From positions 4,256,001-4,320,000 of the forward strand of contig OZ243927.1 of assembly GCA_965213925.1 (NCBI GenBank): a stretch of DNA of 64,000 nucleotides. The letters are read 5' to 3'. The stretch comes from Trueperaceae bacterium. GTDB taxonomy: Bacteria; Deinococcota; Deinococci; Deinococcales; Trueperaceae. How positions within the stretch are numbered: position 1 is the first letter of the stretch; each line of letters begins with the position of its first letter. The position numbers were made by a program, and so were the translations under genes. A model generated the notes under the pieces. The model made no database searches. It was not told the origin of the DNA and worked only from the letters and a program-made list of their open reading frames with translations. Shown here piece after piece: positions 51,049-60,112 of this stretch.

Positions 51049-52154
51049 GCAGAACCCCTTTCCGACCTCTTCTCCGGCAAGATGAGGTGACTGTCGCCAA
51101 ATTCGTGCCACAAGTAGCCCGCTTTCACCGCTTCGGCGTAAGCCTCCCGGATGAGGTCTTTGCCCGCTAGCGCGTAGAGCATCGCCAAGTGGCTCGCTTT
51201 GGGGTCGTGAAAGCCGCTCAAAAGACCGTCCACCGCGTCCACACTGCGCCCTGGATGGACGTAGTGGCGCGTGAACCCTCTTACCACTCGCGTCTTTTCG
51301 CCGTCCCATGCCGACTCCAAAGCCCGCACGACGGTTGTCCCGACAGCTATGACGCGGCGACCTCTTGCCCTCGTTTCGTTGACTGCCTCGGCGACCTCTT
51401 GTGTGACCTCGAACGGTTCGGCGAAGAGGGTGTGATTCTCGATATCGTTTTCAGTCATCTCGAGACTACTCACGCCTGTATGGAGGGTGATTTTTTCTAA
51501 CCCGACGCCTTTATTTGTCAGACACGCCAAGACTTTCTCGCTAAAAGGTCGCGCGGCGGAGGGCATCTCAGCGCTGCCTATATCTGTACCTAGGGTGTCA
51601 GCGAAAATGGTTTGGTACGTAGAAAGCGGATAGGGCTTCTCCACGTAGCCGTAGCGAATCGGCTTGCCAAGGCGCTGCATGGCGGCGGACACGTCACCTT
51701 CCAAGCGGACAAACCACAACCTCGGCATTCCGGGATGAGGTCGGAGCAGCGTGGCGTTCAAACCTGCGGCGCGAAACGTTTCGCCAGCTTTAAGAGGAAG
51801 AGGTCCCGCCTTGTCATAGCTCCACCTCGGCTCGGCAAGCCACACCTCTGCTCCATCACTTGCGTCACTCGTTCCGAGGCTGTAGCGCGTCGAGAGGTTG
51901 AGGATAAAAGGTCCGACGCTCCCCTCGGCGGGCAAACTCGCGGGCAGCGTGGCGCTGCGGTTCACCACGAGTAAATCACCTGTGTCTAAGAAGTTGGCTA
52001 GATTTGCGAAGCGGCTGTGGTGATGACCTCGTCCTGTTTCTTTCTGTGTGCTGACGAGCAGCCTTACCTTGTCCCTAGAACCTAAGCGGAATTCGGCGGG
52101 CTCGGCGGCTTGGAGAGATTGAGGTCTGGGGAAATCCAACTCCGCCAACTTCAT
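51045..52154 (-). CDS. Divergent QueA-family (SAM:tRNA ribosyltransferase-isomerase-like) paralog
   Basis: GDLLVVN, YQTIFA, LHTG, AVGTTVVRALES and FGD are present, but the canonical AAPTAGLHF is replaced by SAEMPSAARPF. Confidence 0.85.
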   Translation of the reverse strand: MKLAELDFPRPQSLQAAEPAEFRLGSRDKVRLLVSTQKETGRGHHHSRFANLANFLDTGDLLVVNRSATLPASLPAEGSVGPFILNLSTRYSLGTSDASDGAEVWLAEPRWSYDKAGPLPLKAGETFRAAGLNATLLRPHPGMPRLWFVRLEGDVSAAMQRLGKPIRYGYVEKPYPLSTYQTIFADTLGTDIGSAEMPSAARPFSEKVLACLTNKGVGLEKITLHTGVSSLEMTENDIENHTLFAEPFEVTQEVAEAVNETRARGRRVIAVGTTVVRALESAWDGEKTRVVRGFTRHYVHPGRSVDAVDGLLSGFHDPKASHLAMLYALAGKDLIREAYAEAVKAGYLWHEFGDSHLILPEKRSERGSA

Positions 52155-52894
52155 CCTAAAACCTCCCCGGACACCTCTTGCTCGGTTCTTTGTCGCGTCT
52201 CCCAACGCTCACCTTGCGCTTGGAAGCGCCCTCCACTGACCTCTTTGGGGTCTTGCCCCAACAGCCACGCCCAAAAGGGCAGCGTCACCTCGGGAAGAGG
52301 TCTATCTGAAATATCCTCACCCGGAAACGCCGCTTGGTGCATCGCGGTGCGCATGTCGCCGGGGTCTACGCTCACCGCACTTACGCCTTCGTTGGCGAGG
52401 GTTGCGCTCAAGAGGTCCAAAGCGGCTTTGCTCGAGCCGTACCCACCCCAGCCCTCGTAAGCGCCGACAGCGGCGTCCGAGGAGAGGTTCACAATCAATC
52501 CGCCATCTCTGAGTAAAGGCAGCGCCTTTTGGATAAGTCCGAGAGGTGCGAAGACGTTTGTGTGGTAGAGGCGCTCTAACCTCTCCAACGGATAGTCTTT
52601 TAGAAGAGGTTGCGGGCTCGGTCCCAAGTCCGAAGCGTTATTGACGAGCAAATTTAAGCCGCCAAGTTCTTCAGCTTTTTCTATTAAAGCGCTGCGATGT
52701 TCTGCTTCACTTACATCACCCGCGAGCGTAATCACGCGACCTCTTGCCGTCTCTCTAAGTTTGGCTGCGCTCTTTTCCAAAACCTCTTGGTCTCTCGCTG
52801 TGAGCACCAAGTCGTAGCCTTGCGCCGCCAAAAAGTCGGTTAAGGTCAAGCCTAAGCCGCGGCTCGAGCCGGTGATTAACGCGACCCGGCTCAC
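52151..52894 (-). CDS. Short-chain dehydrogenase/reductase
   Basis: ITGSSRGLG, NNAS, YGSSK; ATGA overlap with the QueA-like gene. Confidence 0.9.
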   Translation of the reverse strand: MSRVALITGSSRGLGLTLTDFLAAQGYDLVLTARDQEVLEKSAAKLRETARGRVITLAGDVSEAEHRSALIEKAEELGGLNLLVNNASDLGPSPQPLLKDYPLERLERLYHTNVFAPLGLIQKALPLLRDGGLIVNLSSDAAVGAYEGWGGYGSSKAALDLLSATLANEGVSAVSVDPGDMRTAMHQAAFPGEDISDRPLPEVTLPFWAWLLGQDPKEVSGGRFQAQGERWETRQRTEQEVSGEVLG

Positions 52895-52941
52895 GTGTGA
52901 CCTCTTCGTTGTTCAGAGAAATTGCTCATTCGATAAGTCAT
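52891..52941 (-). other. Putative 16-aa leader ORF (MTYRMSNFSEQRRGHT)
   Basis: AGGAGG 5 nt before ATG; its TGA overlaps the SDR GTG (GTGA). Confidence 0.4.
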
Positions 52942-53100
52942 GACGACCTCCTAGCTCGAGTTTAGACCCCTGCCGGAGAGGTTCCATCCGCCTTTGACCC
53001 CAAGTGTTTCTAAGACTTTAGACCTACAAGGACAGGAGGGACAGGTTTGACTTACCCCTTCACAGCGCCGCACCACATCTACATTTGAATACAGCGCTTC

Positions 53101-53128
53101 GTAGGGGGGATTCATGAATCCCCCCTAC
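53101..53128. repeat. GTAG-type REP palindrome
   Basis: GTAGGGGGG-ATTCATGAAT-CCCCCCTAC. Confidence 0.75.
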
Positions 53129-53226
53129 GCCGTCCGCGACACCTGCACTATCCCTTTACGTTTCCGTAAACCTCTCTGTAGCGGTACAACTAAGCCTTGA
53201 CCTCTTCACCGCCGTAGAGTGTCCTC

Positions 53227-54435
53227 ATGGCTTCCTCGAAATCCGCCACAAAATCCAGCGCAAGCCGCAACGCCGTCATCACGGGTACGGGGCTCTCACT
53301 CCTCTTAGTCCTCGCGCACAGCGCCAACGACGCCTTCGCCAACATCTTGTCGGTACTTTTGCCGACGCTCCAAGCCCGCTTTACCCTGAGCGAGACGGTC
53401 TTGGCGAGCTTCGTCGCGGTGGTCTCCATCTCCTCGAACGTGCTGCAACCCGTCATGGGTGCACTTTCAGACCGCTGGGGCAAGCGGCGACTAGCAGCGC
53501 TAGGTCTCATCGCGGGCTCGGTTTTGATGAGCCTCTTGGCGGTCGCGCCGAGCGTGTGGATTTTGGTGCTCCTCTTGGCGGTGGGCGGGCTCGGCTCGGC
53601 GGCGTTTCACCCGGCGGCGAGTTCGATGGTGAGAGCGGCAAGTCGTAGGGAAGGGCTGAGCGTCGGCATCTTTACGGCAGGCGGACCCTTCGGCTCGGCA
53701 GTTGCGCCCGTCGTTGTGCTAGCAGTCATCGCCAACTACGGGACGAGCGCGGTGCCTTACTTGGCGCTTCCGGGCGTGCTCATCGGGCTGGTGTTGCTCT
53801 TCTTCGCGCCGCCTCAAGCGAAGTCGCCCGCGCATCGCCGCCCTAAACTCTTCGACTTAGACCTCTTTATGGGACCCATCGGCGTGCTCTGCGCGGTGGG
53901 CGTGCTGCGCTCGCTCGCGTACGTGACCTTTCTCAACGCGATGCCGCTCTGGTTAGTGGCGCAGGGGTTCGCACGCGACAGCGTGATGATCGGCTGGACG
54001 CTAGGGGTTTACAACGCGGCGGCGGCTCTGGGCGTGGTGATTTCGGGAGCGCTAGACGATAAGGTGAGCCGCCGCCTGTTAGTAGTCGGGAGCATCCTTT
54101 TGGCACTTCCCTTGATGGCGACGACGCTCTTCGTGCCGACGGGTTCGGCGCTCTTCTTCGTCAACGTGGCGCTCGCCGGATTGATGGCGAACGCGGCGAT
54201 TCCACTTCTGGTCGTGAGCGCCCAAGACCTCGCGCCGCACGCGGTCGCCACCGCCTCGGGGATGTTGATGGGCTTGACCTGGGGTACGGCGGGCGTGCTC
54301 TACCTCGGGCTAGGCGCGTTGCAGAGTACGCTCGGGCTCACGCCTGCGATTTTAATCGGCTACGCTTTTTTGCTGCCTGGGGCGGTGCTGGCGTATGTCG
54401 TTTTGGGGAAGCATCGTTCAAAAGTCGAGGGATAG
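53227..54435 (+). CDS. MFS transporter (Fsr-like)
   Basis: H..ND, QP..G..SDR.G, AFHP, ASG...G..WG. Confidence 0.85.
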   Translation: MASSKSATKSSASRNAVITGTGLSLLLVLAHSANDAFANILSVLLPTLQARFTLSETVLASFVAVVSISSNVLQPVMGALSDRWGKRRLAALGLIAGSVLMSLLAVAPSVWILVLLLAVGGLGSAAFHPAASSMVRAASRREGLSVGIFTAGGPFGSAVAPVVVLAVIANYGTSAVPYLALPGVLIGLVLLFFAPPQAKSPAHRRPKLFDLDLFMGPIGVLCAVGVLRSLAYVTFLNAMPLWLVAQGFARDSVMIGWTLGVYNAAAALGVVISGALDDKVSRRLLVVGSILLALPLMATTLFVPTGSALFFVNVALAGLMANAAIPLLVVSAQDLAPHAVATASGMLMGLTWGTAGVLYLGLGALQSTLGLTPAILIGYAFLLPGAVLAYVVLGKHRSKVEG

Positions 54436-54454
54436 TGTGAATCTCACGGACGGC

Positions 54455-54551
54455 GCAGGGGGAATTCATGAATTCCCCCTACGGGACTGCGCTCTGTTAG
54501 GCGCATTTTCAGGTGGCGTTGTATAGGGGAGGGTTTCAAACCCGCCCCTAC
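54455..54551. repeat. REP doublet
   Basis: gcagggggaATTCATGAATtccccctac (54455-54482) and taggggagGGTTTCAAACCcgcccctac (54524-54551). Confidence 0.7.
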
Positions 54552-54586
54552 TGACGAGCGAGTCTCGCAAGACTACAATGAGCCCC

Positions 54587-55090
54587 ATGACCATCCAAGA
54601 ACTCATGAACACGGTGCCGCAAAAAGGTAGCCTCAAGCACATCACCCTCCGCACCGAAAGGAGAGGTCAGGTCGAGCGTGTGGAAGAAACAGAGGTCATC
54701 GCAGGATTAGGACTCGCGGGCGACCACCGCACGAAGCGCAAAGAGGTCAACATGCAGAGCAAGCGCCAGGTGACGCTCATCCAGGCAGAGCACTTCCCGG
54801 CGCTCTCCGCGATGATGGGTCGCGAGGTTGTGCCGGAGGACACGCGGCGTAACTTGGTCGTGTCAGGCGTCAACCTCTTGGCGCTCAAAGACAAGCGGTT
54901 CAAAATCGGCGAGGCCATCTTTGAAGGGTCGGGGCTATGTCACCCGTGCTCGAGGATGGAAGAGACGCTAGGCGAAGGCGGCTACAACGTGATGAGAGGT
55001 CACGGAGGAATTTTGGCGAGGGTTTTGCAAGGCGGCACCATCCGCGTGGGTGACGAGGTTGTTTTTCTGCCGGGTGAGCTTGCCGATTAG
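54587..55090 (+). CDS. MOSC domain protein
   Basis: GLAGDH, RQVTLI, RRN, CHPCSRM, GG..ARV..GG.I.VGD. Confidence 0.88.
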   Translation: MTIQELMNTVPQKGSLKHITLRTERRGQVERVEETEVIAGLGLAGDHRTKRKEVNMQSKRQVTLIQAEHFPALSAMMGREVVPEDTRRNLVVSGVNLLALKDKRFKIGEAIFEGSGLCHPCSRMEETLGEGGYNVMRGHGGILARVLQGGTIRVGDEVVFLPGELAD

Positions 55091-55521
55091 GGGCTGAGCA
55101 GTTCCGAAAGCTCCTCCATCCGCTCGCGGTTCACGCCGAAGTCGCCGTAGCCCCGCCGCGCCGCCGAGCGGAAGTGGATGAGGTTGTTTCCGGTGTCTAA
55201 GTAGAACTCCACGTCGTCCACAAAGCCGAAGATGCGGCTGCGAAATTCGGCGCGCAAGTAGTTGCCGTCCCGCTTAACGATGCGCGTGCGCGGAAGGCGC
55301 GTGACCTCTTGGACAATGCGGTTCATCACGTTGCTCGGCATGTCTTCGAAGGGAACGGGCGCGATGTGATGCGCAAGGTCATCTTGCGGCGCTTGCGTCG
55401 AGACGCAGTTCGGGCTATTCGGGCAGGGCGCAAGTTCGCCGTTCACGACACCTAAGTCCTCGGGTGAACGTTCTTGACTGCTCTGCACTTGCTCGGTTGG
55501 TTCGGACGTTTGCTCAGACAT
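55087..55521 (-). CDS. DUF1499 family protein
   Basis: CPNSPNCVS, FVDDVEF, RSA.R.G..DFGVNR.R; GGAG RBS before ATG 55521. Confidence 0.85.
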   Translation of the reverse strand: MSEQTSEPTEQVQSSQERSPEDLGVVNGELAPCPNSPNCVSTQAPQDDLAHHIAPVPFEDMPSNVMNRIVQEVTRLPRTRIVKRDGNYLRAEFRSRIFGFVDDVEFYLDTGNNLIHFRSAARRGYGDFGVNRERMEELSELLSP

Positions 55522-55682
55522 AGAGACTCCGTGAATAGAGAAGGTCAAAAGGAGTGCAAGGAAGACCTCTTTGGAAAATACAGACATAGTGAACGAGATG
55601 CGTAGAGAACGAAGTAGCGCCTAACAAGGTCGTGCGGCTGAGCGCTAATCACCTCTTTACGCCCCTAGCCTAACCCCCTAGC

Positions 55683-56672
55683 TTAACCCCCTAGTCTAAC
55701 TAACGTCTGCCCTTGCGTCTGCCCCTGCAAAATTACGTCCACCGCGTCGTCAAGCTCATTCAGCGTGATCTCATTCGTGATGGCGTCTAGGTCGGGCTTC
55801 CACTCGTCCGCGAGCTTCGCCCACACCTCTTTGCGCTTCGCCATCGGGCACTGCGCCGAGTCCACCCCTAAGAGGTTGACGCCGCGCAGGATAAAGGGGA
55901 AAACCGTGAGGTCGAGTTTCGGTCCCGCTACGAGCCCGCACGCCGCCGCCGCCGCGCCCCACTTGAGCGACTTGATGACGTTCGTTAGGGTCGTGCCGCC
56001 CACCGTGTCAACCGCGCCGCCCCAGCGACTTTTGAGCATCGGGCGCTCCTGCTCTTCTGATAACTCGTGACGGTCTATGACTTCGGACGCGCCTAATGAT
56101 TTCAAGAGGTCATGCGCCTCCTTCGTGCCCGTGCTCGCCACCGTCTCGAAGCCGAGCTTGCCTAAAAGCGCCACCGCGACGCTGCCGACACCGCCCGTCG
56201 CGCCCGTCACAACGACGGGTCCGTCCTCTTTCGTTAAGCCCTGCCTTAAAAGCGCGTCTAAACAGAGCGCGGCGGTGAGCCCTGCCGTGCCTAAGACCAT
56301 CGACTCACGTAAGCTCAACCCTTGCGGCAGCGGAATCACCCAGTCGGCGGGCACGCGAATCATCCCGCCAAAGCCACCGTCCGTCTCCATGCCGAGGTCG
56401 TAACTCGTGACGATGACCTCGTCGCCCTCGCCGAAATCGGCGACGCTCGAGGAAACAACCGTTCCCGCCGCGTCGATCCCTGGGGTATGCGGATAGTTTT
56501 TCGTCACACCGGGGTTGCCCGTGGCGGACAGAGCGTCCTTATAATTCAGCGACGAGTACGCGACCTTGACGGTCACGTCGCCTTCGGGTAGGTCGCTGAC
56601 GTTAAGCTCTTGCAACGAGCGCGTCGTCTCGTCGCCCTCTTTTTCCACGCGGTAGGCCGTAAAGTCCGACAT
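55683..56672 (-). CDS. YhdH/AcuI family oxidoreductase (acryloyl-CoA reductase-like)
   Basis: YSSLNYKDAL, GTAGLTA, TGATGGVGS, PFILRGVNLLG.DS. Confidence 0.9.
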   Translation of the reverse strand: MSDFTAYRVEKEGDETTRSLQELNVSDLPEGDVTVKVAYSSLNYKDALSATGNPGVTKNYPHTPGIDAAGTVVSSSVADFGEGDEVIVTSYDLGMETDGGFGGMIRVPADWVIPLPQGLSLRESMVLGTAGLTAALCLDALLRQGLTKEDGPVVVTGATGGVGSVAVALLGKLGFETVASTGTKEAHDLLKSLGASEVIDRHELSEEQERPMLKSRWGGAVDTVGGTTLTNVIKSLKWGAAAAACGLVAGPKLDLTVFPFILRGVNLLGVDSAQCPMAKRKEVWAKLADEWKPDLDAITNEITLNELDDAVDVILQGQTQGQTLVRLGG

Positions 56673-56859
56673 AAGTTTCACCTCTCTGGCGTCACTATAA
56701 CGGGTTTGAAGAGGTGGAATAGGCGGATTGTACTCCGTGACTTTCACTTTGTCAGGGCTTTTGGCTGTTAGCCATTGGCTTTTAGGTTTCGAATTTCGCT
56801 AATCGCTAACGGCTTCATCTATTCAATTTCTTCATATAAACCATGTAGAATGAACTACC

Positions 56860-57492
56860 TTGAACACCCCGTCACATGCACTCATCGGCGCGGCGCTCCG
56901 CAAAGGGTACGGCAAGCATTGGGGCGTGCCGCTTTCGGCAGTGCTCTGGGGCTCGGTTGCGCCGGATATTCCGCTTTACCTACTCTCGGTAGGAGGCGGG
57001 CTCTACTACACGCAGCTCATGGGGATGGAGGCGCGGGCGGCGGCTGAGCTGATGTTCGATGACCTCTTTTTCAACAGCTTGTGGTGGAAGGGGTTACATA
57101 ACCTCTTGCACGCGCCACTGGTCGTGCTGGCTGGGCTCGGTCTTACCTGGAGTTCAAGAGGGAGGGCGAGGCGAGATGCTGACCTTTCTACTCGAACGGA
57201 GACCAGGGCTACTCGCATTGGTCACTGGCTCTTCTGGTTCTTCGCCGCGTGTTTGGTTCACACCACCATCGACATCTTGACCCACGCGATGGACGGACCC
57301 CTTATCCTCTTTCCCTTCAACTGGGACCTGCGCTTCCAGAGCCCGGTGAGCTACTGGGACCCCGAGCACTACGGTATACCGTTCACAATTTTTGAGCTTA
57401 CGCTCGACGTCGCGCTACTCGTTTACCTCTTGCTCCCCCCAGCACGGCGCTGGTTAAGCAGGGGAAATGAAGGTCAAGCTCAGCAGAATTAG
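56860..57492 (+). CDS. Membrane-bound metal-dependent hydrolase-like protein
   Basis: TPSH, GS..PD, H...H, H...D..TH..D motifs. Confidence 0.75.
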   Translation: MNTPSHALIGAALRKGYGKHWGVPLSAVLWGSVAPDIPLYLLSVGGGLYYTQLMGMEARAAAELMFDDLFFNSLWWKGLHNLLHAPLVVLAGLGLTWSSRGRARRDADLSTRTETRATRIGHWLFWFFAACLVHTTIDILTHAMDGPLILFPFNWDLRFQSPVSYWDPEHYGIPFTIFELTLDVALLVYLLLPPARRWLSRGNEGQAQQN

Positions 57493-57510
57493 ATGCGTTA
57501 GTAGTTGAAA

Positions 57511-57549
57511 AGAAGGGGCGACGCTTTGGACTCGAGCGTCGCCCCTTCT
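57511..57549. terminator. Hairpin between convergent genes
   Basis: agaaggggcgacgct...agcgtcgccccttct. Confidence 0.65.
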
Positions 57550-57566
57550 CCGTCGCCGTTCGATGC

Positions 57567-57971
57567 TCAGTTCAGCACCTGCAACACCCTCTGACAGCTC
57601 TCCTCACAGCGGCGGCACGCTTCGGCGCAGAGGCGGCAGTGTTCGTGCATCTCGGCGTGCTTTTCGCACTCATCGCCGCACGATTTACAGGCGGCAGCGC
57701 ACGCCTCGACCTGAGTGCGCAGTATTTTCATGTCCGGCTCGGTCTGCCTTGAGAGCACGCGCCCGGTGGCGTTGCAGATGTCGGCGCAATCTAGGTCTTG
57801 CCGGATACAAAAGCGCAAATCCGCCACCATCTCCTCGGCGAGGCAGGCGTCGGCACATGAAGTGCAGGTCGAGGCGCAATCAAAACACGCTTTGACGCAT
57901 TCCGCTAAAGTCTGAGCGTCTAGGTTCATCGGTGCCGGATGCGTTTGGAGCATCGTTTGAACGTCTTGCAT
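57567..57971 (-). CDS. Cys-rich four-helix-bundle copper storage protein (Csp3/DUF326-like)
   Basis: 18 Cys in CxxxC/CxxC runs; no signal peptide. Confidence 0.88.
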   Translation of the reverse strand: MQDVQTMLQTHPAPMNLDAQTLAECVKACFDCASTCTSCADACLAEEMVADLRFCIRQDLDCADICNATGRVLSRQTEPDMKILRTQVEACAAACKSCGDECEKHAEMHEHCRLCAEACRRCEESCQRVLQVLN

Positions 57972-58168
57972 GGTTCCCCCTAAAGCGTTGAGCTAAAAGT
58001 CGGTTGTTGAATCCGTTGCGGCTGAGCTACTAAAAGCGACCTCCCCTCCCCCTAGCTTTATAGAGGTCGGTTGCAGTGCTACTCATAAAGCCGCGTTTTG
58101 CTGCGAGGCAAACCCACTGTCCCCGAAACGCTTGCTATAATCGGCGTAGTCTATTACGCTTAACAACC

Positions 58169-58185
58169 CACCCCCCCAGGGGTAT
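58169..58185. promoter_or_regulatory. Putative CsoR operator
   Basis: C-tract/G-tract pseudo-palindrome ACCCCCCCAGGGGTA upstream of copZ-csoR. Confidence 0.6.
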
Positions 58186-58199
58186 GTCAGGAGTATACA

Positions 58200-58424
58200 A
58201 TGCCAGAAAGAAAAATCAAACTCAACGTCGAAGGGATGACCTGCGAGCACTGCCAGAAGGCGGTTAAAGAGGCGCTCGAGGGCGTCCCCGGTACGGAAAG
58301 CGCCAGCGTAGACTTAGAAAATGGCACCGCGATGGTCGAAGGCTCACCCGACGTGCAACTCCTCATCCGCATGGTGGAAGAAGAAGGCTACAAAGCCACA
58401 CTCGACACGCAACGCGCCCTGTAG
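58200..58424 (+). CDS. copZ: Copper chaperone (HMA domain)
   Basis: GMTCEHC motif. Confidence 0.9.
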   Translation: MPERKIKLNVEGMTCEHCQKAVKEALEGVPGTESASVDLENGTAMVEGSPDVQLLIRMVEEEGYKATLDTQRAL

Positions 58425-58428
58425 CGAG

Positions 58429-58728
58429 GTGGCCGCCGGGGAGAACTGCTTACATCTGGACGCCGACACGCGCCAAGACGCGACACGCCGTTTGAAGAGC
58501 GCGAAGGGGCATTTGGAGGGGGTTTTGCGAATGCTCGAAGACCCCGACGTGTACTGCGTGGACGTCTTAAAGCAAGTCAAAGCCGTACAAGGCGCACTCA
58601 GCAAGGTCAACGACCAGGTCTTGCGTTCGCACATCCGCGATCACGTGGTAACAGCAGCGGAGCGCGGCGACGCGGAAGCGATCGTCGAAGAGTTGATGGA
58701 AGCCTTGAAGTACCAAGCGAGGGTGTAG
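58429..58728 (+). CDS. csoR: Copper-sensing repressor
   Basis: RRL..AKGHLEG..RMLE...YCVDVLKQ..AV.GAL...H..DH; start uncertain. Confidence 0.88.
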   Translation: MAAGENCLHLDADTRQDATRRLKSAKGHLEGVLRMLEDPDVYCVDVLKQVKAVQGALSKVNDQVLRSHIRDHVVTAAERGDAEAIVEELMEALKYQARV

Positions 58729-58772
58729 GGCTTCTCCAAAGGTTACGCAACTCGTTCATCCATATTCAAATT

Positions 58773-58818
58773 AGAGAACTCGAGCCACCTCTCGATTATA
58801 TTGTGGCTCGAGTTCTCT
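58773..58818. terminator. Long hairpin after csoR
   Basis: gagaactcgagccac...gtggctcgagttctc. Confidence 0.55.
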
Positions 58819-58834
58819 TGCTTAACAGCTTTTT

Positions 58835-58848
58835 TGTAACCGGTTACG
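58835..58848. promoter_or_regulatory. LacI-type auxiliary operator
   Basis: TGTAACCGGTTACG. Confidence 0.6.
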
Positions 58849-58947
58849 AAAACGTATTTTTCAGTTCGACGCTAGCCTCTACTTGTCTAAATTTAGAGCG
58901 AATAGCATTGCTAATTGGAAGAGGACCGCGCAAATTCGTTCAACCTC

Positions 58948-59006
58948 TTGACAAGTTGAACTGCAAAGGCGTAAGCTTCGCTAAAGCCAAATTGTAAGCG
59001 GTTACA
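58948..59006 (+). promoter_or_regulatory. sigma70 promoter with downstream LacI operator
   Basis: TTGACA-N18-TAAGCT followed by TGTAAGCGGTTACA (58993-59006). Confidence 0.7.
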
Positions 59007-59060
59007 AAAGTATAGAAGCGATAACTTCACCTCCCGATCGAGGATGGGCTCGAGGTTCAC

Positions 59061-60044
59061 ATGGCGCTACCCAAACCCAGCAAAACGACCATTGCCGACG
59101 TCGCTAGAGCGGCGGGCGTCTCGACGGGCACGGTGAGCCGCGTACTAAATGAGCGTCCTGGTGTAAAAGCGCAGACCAAAGCACAAGTGCTAGCCACCAT
59201 CGAGGAGCTTGGCTACAAGCCAGACGCCGCCGCCCGCGAACTCTCCGCCAATCAGGGAAAGCGCATCGGGCTACACGTGGCGACGGGCGAGCGGCGCATG
59301 GTCTTAATCCCTTACTTCATGCTCTTTTTAGAGCATCTTGTCGAGGAGCTGCAGAACGACGGCTTTCGGCTGCGTGAGATTCCCTCGAGGGCGGACGGGC
59401 TACCCGAATATCTCACCGACGGCGTGGTGCTTTTGGGCGCGTACGAGGATGACCCGCGTGTGGCGTATCTGCAACGAGAAGGCGTCCCTTTCGTCCTCAT
59501 TGGTCACAGCGACGAAGTGCGCTCGGTTGCACCGGACGATGTAGACGGCGGCAGACAAGCGGCGGCGCATCTGCTCAAGTTAGGACATAGAGACATCGTT
59601 CACGTAAGTGGATTTACGAATAGTCAAGCCTCCTTTGACCGTTATGAGGGGTTCAAAGAGGTGCTGGGGGAGGCGGGGCTCGAGTTCTCCAAAGACTACC
59701 TCTTGGACGGCGAATTCACCTCTTTAGGCGCGTACCGGGCGCTTCGCAAGGCGCATGAAAAAGGTCTGCGCTTTAGCGCGGTGTTCGCCGCGTCGGACGA
59801 GATGGCGTTAGGGGTCATTGCGGCGTTAGAGGACGTGGGTTTGCGCGTTCCCGCGGACGTGTCCGTCGTCGGCTACGACGACTTACCCGGTGTGGCGGAC
59901 AAGCTCACGACGGTGCGTCAAGACATCGCTCAGATTGCCGCTGTTGCCGTGACGCTTTTGCAAGAAGGTTTGCGGGGCGAAAACGTGCGCAGCCAAGTCA
60001 TGCCCGTGCAGCTCGTGGTGCGCAATACGAGCTGGAGGAGGTGA
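59061..60044 (+). CDS. LacI family transcriptional regulator
   Basis: TIADVARAAGVS.GTVSRVLN; VVGYDD; LTTV.Q. Confidence 0.95.
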   Translation: MALPKPSKTTIADVARAAGVSTGTVSRVLNERPGVKAQTKAQVLATIEELGYKPDAAARELSANQGKRIGLHVATGERRMVLIPYFMLFLEHLVEELQNDGFRLREIPSRADGLPEYLTDGVVLLGAYEDDPRVAYLQREGVPFVLIGHSDEVRSVAPDDVDGGRQAAAHLLKLGHRDIVHVSGFTNSQASFDRYEGFKEVLGEAGLEFSKDYLLDGEFTSLGAYRALRKAHEKGLRFSAVFAASDEMALGVIAALEDVGLRVPADVSVVGYDDLPGVADKLTTVRQDIAQIAAVAVTLLQEGLRGENVRSQVMPVQLVVRNTSWRR

Positions 60045-60112
60045 GTTTGATCCAACTGTAATGTCCACCCGTCCGCCCGAACTTCGCACTCTACCCACTC
60101 TGGAGGAACACC

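Noticed and set aside
51045..52154. Assigning the gene symbol queA
   Set aside because: Key motifs diverge and the context lacks tgt, so it is treated as a paralog.
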